Shown piece by piece: positions 56,757-64,000 of a stretch of 64,000 bases of DNA. The stretch is from Eledone cirrhosa (lineage: Eukaryota), in the NCBI GenBank assembly GCA_964016885.1, contig OZ024740.1, forward strand, positions 321,780,001-321,844,000, in the 5' to 3' direction. The position numbers and the translations under genes were made by a program. The notes beneath the pieces were generated by a model. It saw only the letters and a list, made by a program, of their open reading frames with translations. It searched no databases and had not been told where the DNA came from. Each line of letters opens with the position of its first letter. The stretch's first letter is position 1.

Positions 56757-57709
56757 TATACATATATATGTATATTCCATAATAAGGGAGGTTATCTATA
56801 TCTATCTTCGCTACTTCTCCGTATCGTCTAACGAAAGAACTGCAGGACAGATTTTATGAACAAAGTCAACCGACAAAAGGCTCAAAGGAAGACTACGAAC
56901 AGGATGATGGATAAAATCCATAAGCTCGGCGTTGGTGTCATTTGAGGATCTAGCCGGATCATTTACTGACGGTTGCTTCCGATAGGATCCTCACATGAAT
57001 AAGTGGACTCTCTGTCTCTCTCTCTCTTTCTCTCTCTCTGTTTCTATCCCCTCCCCCTCTCTCTATATATAAATATGTATATATATATATATATACACAC
57101 AAAATTAAATAAATTAAGGGTTGTCATGTCTGAGAGACATGCGCCAAAACCCACTGCAGAATAAGCTCAAAGATTCCAATGAATAGATCCGAGAATTTCA
57201 TATCAACTAGAAATAGATTGACATATATATATATAAAATAAACATATGGAACAATCATAGGGGATAATTTGTAAAGTATGTAAGCACATATAGCTAGGTA
57301 GGTAACTAATTAAAGTTTAACTAGAACTTCAAATATTAAAATGATTAATCTCCTTTGTATATATTTCTTTAAATAGAAAATATATTTCACCAATTAATCA
57401 GTAAATCACAGTAGTCAAATCCTGGATGGTCACCAAAGGAGAAGAAATAACCATCTACGTTTACAAAGCAAATGCAAATCTGTGAATGACGCGAACCACG
57501 TGTTGCATTTTAAAACAATACACACATCGCACAGCGTCATCCCAGTGGCGTGAATAGGATTATCGACAGCTAGAAATAGCAGTCGAGTCCATTCAACTGA
57601 GTTAGCTCTACAATTAAGGGGCCGTATATATATCCAAAATTAAATAAATTAAGGGTTGTCATGTCTGAGAGACATGCGCCATACCCACACATATATATAT
57701 ATATATATA

Positions 57710-57910
57710 ACGAAGGAAATGTGGTAAGGAACCAGGTGGACCATAACGCACCAAAGTACTCAATACTTAGGGTAGTAGAGTGGGTAATAGGAACGAGTAG
57801 GGCCCCGACGGCTGAGCTCAAGCCGTTTCGACGGCTAATTCTAGACGCTAATTCGGTCCAGATTTAGCCGTCGAAACGGCTTGAGCTCAGCAGTCGGGGT
57901 CCTACTCGTT

Positions 57911-57913
<3 letters not shown>
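57710..57913. mobile_element. PLE pseudo-LTR fold-back with two head-to-head hammerhead 3' halves
   Basis: GAAA cggc ttgagctca gc(c/a)g TC gggg on both strands (57801-57829 minus; 57872-57901 plus). (TA)n flanks. Confidence 0.7.
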
Positions 57914-57984
<71 letters not shown>

Positions 57985-58321
57985 AACAGAAGTATTCTCT
58001 GTTTAACCGATGACACATACACACACATAAAATTGTTGATGTAAAGGTCAACTAAACGATAGCAGAAAATCTCTCACCAAACCACCAACTAACCACAACA
58101 ACGCCCCTCCCCTCTACACCATCTCCTTCCCTTCTCTACCCATCCCTTTGTCTCATCTCCCTCTTAACCCCCCCCCCCCCCAACCCCCCCTCTCTTCTAC
58201 CTTAGTTGCCTTATTTCACTTCCTTCCTCATCGTTCCTACTGTGTTACCTTCTCTTTCCCTTTTCTCAATCTCTATCATACACACACACGCGTATATATA
58301 TGCATGCGTGTATACATACAT

Positions 58322-58366
<45 letters not shown>

Positions 58367-58768
58367 CACGCATTATATATATATGTATATATATATATAT
58401 ATTAAAAACATGAGAAGAAAGAAGAATACTGCGTGGTTTGCACATGGGTTACATATGATAAAAATAGTCCTTCGTCAGTGATTTTCCAACCATCATTGGT
58501 ATTTCAATATATATATATGGTGAGTGTGTGTGGTGTGTGTGTGTGTGTTTAGGAAAAAGAAGTTGAAAATGCAATTAGAATTTTTAAGAAGATTTATTTT
58601 AATAACTTTACCAGTTTCACAGCCACATGATTTTCAAAAGAGATATGGAGAGATATGTAGCCATACCGTCGGGTATTTCGCATCTAACTGATGTTGGGAA
58701 GTTCTTTCAGTTTTATGCAAAAAAGGTGGCTCAGATTTCTATATATTTAAAGTACAATTTGACACACA

Positions 58769-58907
<139 letters not shown>

Positions 58908-58914
58908 GCTCCCG

Positions 58915-59075
58915 GGCGCAACTAATAACATGTTTACATGGTCCCATCGTCGGCGACTAAACTGGCAACCCCATCAAACCTGCTTGGACAGAAAAAAACA
59001 AAACCCATCAAAGGGTGAAGGAACTCATAAGAGTCAACGACCATCCGCTTTTCGAGAAGGAACACTCTAAACCCT
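58915..59075 (+). mobile_element. 5' part of an RTE-related element
   Basis: cgtcggcgactaaactggcaacccc...aaaacccatcaaagggtgaaggaactcataagagtcaacgaccatcc matches 38570-38700. Confidence 0.6.
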
Positions 59076-59263
59076 GTATTCACCTTTGGTGATCCAACTC
59101 ACGATGCGTTACTTCCTACGCAATACCTATAGAGGTTAAACTCCGTGAAAATAAAACATAAGGAATGTTGTTTAAGGGGTTCTGTGGCACATATGTGCAT
59201 CGATCCTTTGCTATCAGCATCTCCAAAAAGTGTGGCGGATCCTACAGAAAACCTTCATCACTT

Positions 59264-59761
59264 TAAACACATCATTAATGTGGTAAACACATCATTAATG
59301 TGGTAAACACATCATTATTGTGGTAAACACATCATTATTGTGGTAAACACATCATTAATGTGGTAAACACATCATTAATGTGGTAAACACATCATTATTG
59401 TGGTAAACAAATCATTAATGTGGTAAACACATCATTAATGTGGTAAACACATCATTAATGTGGTAAACACATCATTAATGTGGTAAACACATCATTATCG
59501 TGGTAAACACATCATTAATGTGGTAAACACATCATTAATGTGGTAAACACATCATTATTGTGGTAAACACATCATTTAATGTGGTAAACACATCATTATT
59601 GTGGTAACCACATCAATATTGTGGTAAACACATCATTAATGTGGTAAACACATCATTATTGTGGTAAACACATCACTTAATGTGGTAAACACATCATTAT
59701 TGTGGTAAACACATCATTATTGTGGTAAACACATCATTAATGTGGTAAACACATCATTAAT
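59264..59761. repeat. 20-bp tandem repeat (tggtaaacacatcatta(a/t)tg), ~25 copies
   Basis: Read directly from the sequence; highly homogeneous. Confidence 0.95.
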
Positions 59762-60096
59762 ATGATAGTCCTTCAGCTTAGCAGTCAGCTCCTCACAACA
59801 TCAACCAGCACTGGCGAAGGAGTAAAGGTGAAGGAGACAGGTAACATTTTAGATTGTGGCCGTCTCTAACAGCCAAGGGAGGCAAGAGCGAGAATAAAAA
59901 CAGTTATCGCGATATGACTAACTTTCTTTTTTATCTGTAACTTAATCATTTAATGTTTTATTATAAAATAATTGAAATGAAAACTAAACATATTCAATAT
60001 AGAAAATACACGATGTCAAGAAAAATCCGTTATTAAACTGCTGTATTTGTAGAATAACTTAACAAACTTACATAACATTATTTTTATAGTTATCAA

Positions 60097-60678
60097 CGGT
60101 GGATTGGCAGTATCGGTAGAGGGCCGGACGCCATGCTTTGCAGCATAGAGTTACGGCCCTTTACGATCTGAGTTCAAATCCCGCCGCGGTTAACTTTACC
60201 TTTCATCATTACTGGGTCGATAAAATAAAGTACCAGTAATGTACTGGGATAATTGCTGGCCTTGTGCCAAAAGTAGAACCAATTATTATAGCGGTGGTTT
60301 GGCAGTATCGGTAGAACATCAGACACCATGCTTTGCAGCATAGAGTTATGACCCTTTACGATCTGAGTTCAAATCCCGCCGCGGTTAACTTTACCTTTCA
60401 TCATTACTGGGTCGATAAAATAAAGTACCAGTAATGTACTGGGTAATTGATGGCCTTGTGTCAAAAGTAGAACCAATTATTATAGCGGTGGTTTGGCAGT
60501 ATCAGTAGAGCATCAGACACCATGCTTTGCAGCATAGAGTTATGACCCTTTACGGTCTGAGTCCAAATCCCGCCGAGGTTAACTTTGCCTTTTATCCTTA
60601 TGGGGTCGATAAAATATAGCACCAGTTATGCACTGGGATAATTGCTGGCCTTGTGCTAAAAGTAGAAACAATTATTAT
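60097..60678 (+). mobile_element. Head-to-tail trimer of the ~195-bp SINE
   Basis: Three consecutive units starting near 60097, 60292 and 60486, each with GAGT(T/C)CAAATCC and an aattattatag end. Confidence 0.9.
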
Positions 60679-60747
60679 AGTTATCTATGTCTTTATATGG
60701 TGGTGTCATGAACTCATCTAAACTATTATATATATATAATATAGAAA

Positions 60748-60800
60748 AGGCTTCTACAGGACTAGAACTGTTTCATTCGGGAGAAATCATCAGAAAGCCT
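60748..60800 (-). ncRNA. Type I hammerhead ribozyme (GUA site) in a PLE-like fold-back
   Basis: AGGCTTT CTGATGA t TTC tccc GAA t GAAA CAG ttctagtc CTG TA GAAGCCT. It has a 7-bp stem I, an intact core, a 3-bp stem II closed by U-U, and a 4-bp stem III. An inverted 3'-half copy is at 60805-60845. Confidence 0.75.
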
Positions 60801-60964
60801 TGGGCGAATGAAACAGTTCTAGTCTTGTAGAAGCCTTTTCTATATTAAATATTTATACTTTGCTTTGTATTGAGTACCTTACTTACTGTGGTTACCCCCG
60901 ATTCAACTCGGGTTAAACTTAAACATAGATACACACACACACACACACACAGACACACACACAC

Positions 60965-61006
<42 letters not shown>

Positions 61007-61257
61007 TTGCGAGGTTTTTTATATAAAATCGTGTGTCGAAACAGATATTGTTATATTTGGGGAGGGTCATATTTGCGTAATATTGCCAGAATTAATAACA
61101 GAGCACACTCACTGTTTGGTTGGTTTTCGCTTCTCGCTGTCTTTTATATATATATATCTGCGATCTAACTTACTCGGTCCTCAATGTTGCCATTGACTGA
61201 CCGGCGGTCAAAAATAATACAGATACAATATAGACACAAACACATACATATAGTTTA

Positions 61258-61310
61258 CATAATTTACATAAATCTTTCGTTGCACATCTGCAACATCGTC
61301 AGTGGTGTTA
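61258..61310 (-). ncRNA. Hammerhead core in the PLE pseudo-LTR
   Basis: cca CTGACGA t GTTGCA gatg TGCAAC GAAA gattta... Perfect 6-bp stem II. Stem III, the cleavage site and stem I are ambiguous (local atgtaaa duplication). Confidence 0.5.
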
Positions 61311-61570
61311 TATTCATTGTTCCTCCTGTTGTGTTGTATGTCTACGCCATTTTTTTTGTTCAGTCTGTCTATATATTTATTTATTTATTTGCTTGTTTGT
61401 TTATCTTATTTTATTTTGTCTTCTTTGCGCATGCGTTTGCGTGTGTGTATAGTGTTATGTGTGATGTGTGACTAGTGTGTATAGTGTTGTGTCTGCTGGG
61501 TGACTAGTGTGTGTTTATGTGCTTGTGTATGTATTTATTTATCTTATTTTATTTAATTTTATTTACTTAT

Positions 61571-62272
61571 TTATACTTCTCTTAGGTCAGTGTTGTTTGT
61601 TTGGGTGTTGTTGTTGTTCCACTCATTCTTTCTGTTTAGCTTTGGTCTTCTAATTTCTATTTCACTGGCCTCTCTGATTTGCCTATCTGCTGGGTCATTC
61701 CTATGTTTAGATATTATTCTAATTTCTATGTTGTCTATGTTACCGTCATGTTGTTGTCTAGCATGTTCGTATAGTACTGACCCGTTTTTTCGTCCTTTTA
61801 GTTCCCCCCAGTGTTGGTCTATCCTTTCACCTATGCTACGAGCTGTCTCACCTATGTATGTTGTTGTCATGTTTCTGCAAGTACCCTCTGTACATCTTAT
61901 GCTATAGACTACGTTTCTAGTTTTGCAGTTTATCCGGGGGTTCACCTTACATATGATACATTTCCTATTGGTACAGTGGGTTTTCTTAAAAGGGTAGGTT
62001 TTGCTGATCAGGGATTTTATGGTGGTTCCTGGCTTTTCTACCACCTTTATTTTTAAGTGGGTCTTTCTCAGGGCCTTTCTACACTGGTTAGCTAATTTCC
62101 CTCCAGGGGTGGCGTCCACAAACATGACACTCTGATATCTCTGGTTGTCGTACCATGATGTGGCCTTCCCTATCTTATGTCTAGCCCTATCTAAGCTATT
62201 CCATGATTTGCTCCTGTATAGTGGGCAAATTCCTTTCATGTCCAGTTCTATGAGGGTCTTATACTTTTCCAT
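61571..62272 (-). CDS. Penelope-like element C-terminal region: thumb/linker, Cys-rich linker and GIY-YIG endonuclease (233 aa, no RT core)
   Basis: NVVYSIRC..C....YIGETARSIGERIDQH...SVLYEHARQQH...RQIREASEI...PKLNRKNEW, with upstream CTNRKCIIC...NC. The frame is uninterrupted. Confidence 0.88.
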   Translation of the reverse strand: MEKYKTLIELDMKGICPLYRSKSWNSLDRARHKIGKATSWYDNQRYQSVMFVDATPGGKLANQCRKALRKTHLKIKVVEKPGTTIKSLISKTYPFKKTHCTNRKCIICKVNPRINCKTRNVVYSIRCTEGTCRNMTTTYIGETARSIGERIDQHWGELKGRKNGSVLYEHARQQHDGNIDNIEIRIISKHRNDPADRQIREASEIEIRRPKLNRKNEWNNNNTQTNNTDLREV

Positions 62273-64000
62273 GTATCGAGCGTTGCCTTTCCTTTGGACA
62301 ACATCTTATACAGTGTATATATAAGTTGTGGTAACACTGGTGTCAAGCTGTATCGAGCGTTGCCTTTCCCTTGGACAACATCTTATACAGTGTATATATA
62401 AGTTGTGGTAACACTGGTGTCAAGCTGTATCGAGCGTTGCCTTTCCCTTGGACAACATCTTATACAGTGTATATATAAGTTGTGGTAACACTGGTGTCAA
62501 GCTGTATCGAGCGTTGCCTTTCCCTTGGACAACATCTTATACAGTGTATATATAAGTTGTGGTAACACTGGTGTCAAGCTGTATCGAGCGTTGCCTTTCC
62601 TTGGACAACATCTTATACAGTGTATATATAAGTTGTGGTAACACTGGTGTCAAGCTGTATCGAGCGTTGCCTTTCCTTTGGACAACATCTTATACAGTGT
62701 ATATATAAGTTGTGGTAACACTGGTGTCAAGCTGTATCGAGCGTTGCCTTTCCCTTGGACAACATCTTATACAGTGTATATATAAGTTGTGGTAACACTG
62801 GTGTCAAGCTGTATCGAGCGTTGCCTTTCCTTTGGACAACACCTTATAAAGTGTATATATAAGTTGTGGTAACACCGGTGTCAAGCTGTATCGAGCGTTG
62901 CCTTTCCTTTGGACAACATCTTATACAGTGTATATATAAGTTGTGGTAACACTGGTGTCAAGCTGTATCGAGCGTTGCCTTTCCCTTGGACAACATCTTA
63001 TACAGTGTATATATAAGTTGTGGTAACACTGGTGTCAAGCTGTATCGAGCGTTGCCTTTCCTTTGGACAACATCTTATACAGTGTATATATAAGTTGTGG
63101 TAACACTGGTGTCAAGCTGTATCAACCTTTGCCTTTCCTTTGGACAACATCTTATACAGTGTATATATAAGTTGTGGTAACACTGGTGTCAAGCTGTATC
63201 AACCTTTGCCTTTCCTTTGGACAACATCTTATACAGTGTATATATAAGTTGTGGTAACACTGGTGTCAAGCTGTATCAACCTTTGCCTTTCCTTTGGACA
63301 ACATCTTATACAGTGTATATATAAGTTGTGGTAACACTGGTGTCAAGCTGTATCAACCTTTACCTTTCCTTTGGACAACATCTTATACAGTGTATATATA
63401 AGTTGTGGTAACACTGGTGTCAAGCTGTATCAACCTTTGCCTTTCCTTTGGACAACATCTTATACAGTGTATATATAAGTTGTGGTAACACTGGTGTCAA
63501 GCTGTATCGAGTGTTGCCTTTCCCTTGGACAACATCTTATACAGTGTATATATAAGTTGTGGTAACACTGGTGTCAAGCTGTATCGAGCGTTGCCTTTCC
63601 CTTGGACAACATCTTATACAGTGTATATATAAGTTGTGGTAACACTGGTGTCAAGCTGTATCGAGCGTTGCCTTTCCCTTGGACAACATCTTATACAGTG
63701 TATATATAAGTTGTGGTAACACTGGTGTCAAGCTGTATCGAGCGTTGCCTTTCCCTTGGACAACATCTTATACAGTGTATATATAAGTTGTGGTAACACT
63801 GGTGTCAAGCTGTATCGAGCGTTGCCTTTCCCTTGGACAACACCTTATACAGTGTATATATAAGTTGTGGTAACACTGGTGTCAAGCTGTATCGAGCGTT
63901 GCCTTTCCTTTGGACAACATCTTATACAGTGTATATATAAGTTGTGGTAACACTGGTGTCAAGCTGTATCGAGCGTTGCCTTTCCCTTGGACAACATCTT
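62273..64000. repeat. 77-bp tandem satellite, at least 22 copies, running off the window end
   Basis: Unit gtatcgagcgttgcctttcc(c/t)ttggacaacatcttatacagtgtatatataagttgtggtaacactggtgtcaagct; period 62273 to 62350. Confidence 0.97.

Larger units (their letters stand above)
61158..62272 (-). mobile_element. 5'-truncated Penelope-like retroelement (endonuclease ORF plus 3'UTR/pseudo-LTR) ending at (TA)n
   Basis: GIY-YIG ORF, an A/C-rich UTR and a hammerhead core on the same strand, terminating at (TA)n 61145-61157. Confidence 0.8.

Noticed and set aside
59264-59761. CRISPR or telomeric array
   Set aside because: It is a pure 20-bp tandem repeat with no spacers and no TTAGGG-type motif.
62273-64000. 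CRISPR-like array next to a nuclease ORF
   Set aside because: The units are contiguous and near-identical with no unique spacers, the nuclease is a PLE GIY-YIG, and the context is eukaryotic.

Overview
This is eukaryotic, AT-rich DNA saturated with microsatellites. No complete host gene is recognisable, so it is most likely a large intron or intergenic region. The SINE types and the (TA)n/(CA)n/(TATC)n/(CATA)n load resemble an octopus (cephalopod) genome; that taxon call is an inference. Nearly all ORF-track entries are microsatellite translations. The real content is nested mobile-element debris. (i) Penelope-like elements (PLEs): one intact GIY-YIG endonuclease ORF (61571-62272, minus), a decayed PLE of a second type (15591-16985, minus), and many pseudo-LTR relics inserted in (TA)n that form fold-backs. 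Several relics carry whole or half hammerhead ribozymes; the best is at 60748-60800 on the minus strand. (ii) A Tx1/L1-like LINE found only at (TATC)n, RTE-derived non-autonomous elements mostly at (CATA)n, and CRE-, R4-, HERO-, RTE- and Vingi-like fragments. (iii) mariner, Tc1, pogo and hAT MITEs plus a piggyBac-like relic. (iv) tRNA-derived SINEs and tandem arrays with 19, 20, ~43, 77 and ~195 bp units, several of them SINE-derived. The most notable observations are: a 77-bp SINE-derived satellite fused directly to the 5'-truncated PLE ORF; PLE truncation and fold-back points clustering in hammerhead stem II; a ~480-bp array of about 30 AG|GTAAG splice-donor motifs; microsatellite niche partitioning among retroelement families; and a very high density of inverted repeats. 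All alignments, folds and family calls were made by eye from recalled motifs, with no database search, and some boundaries are approximate.
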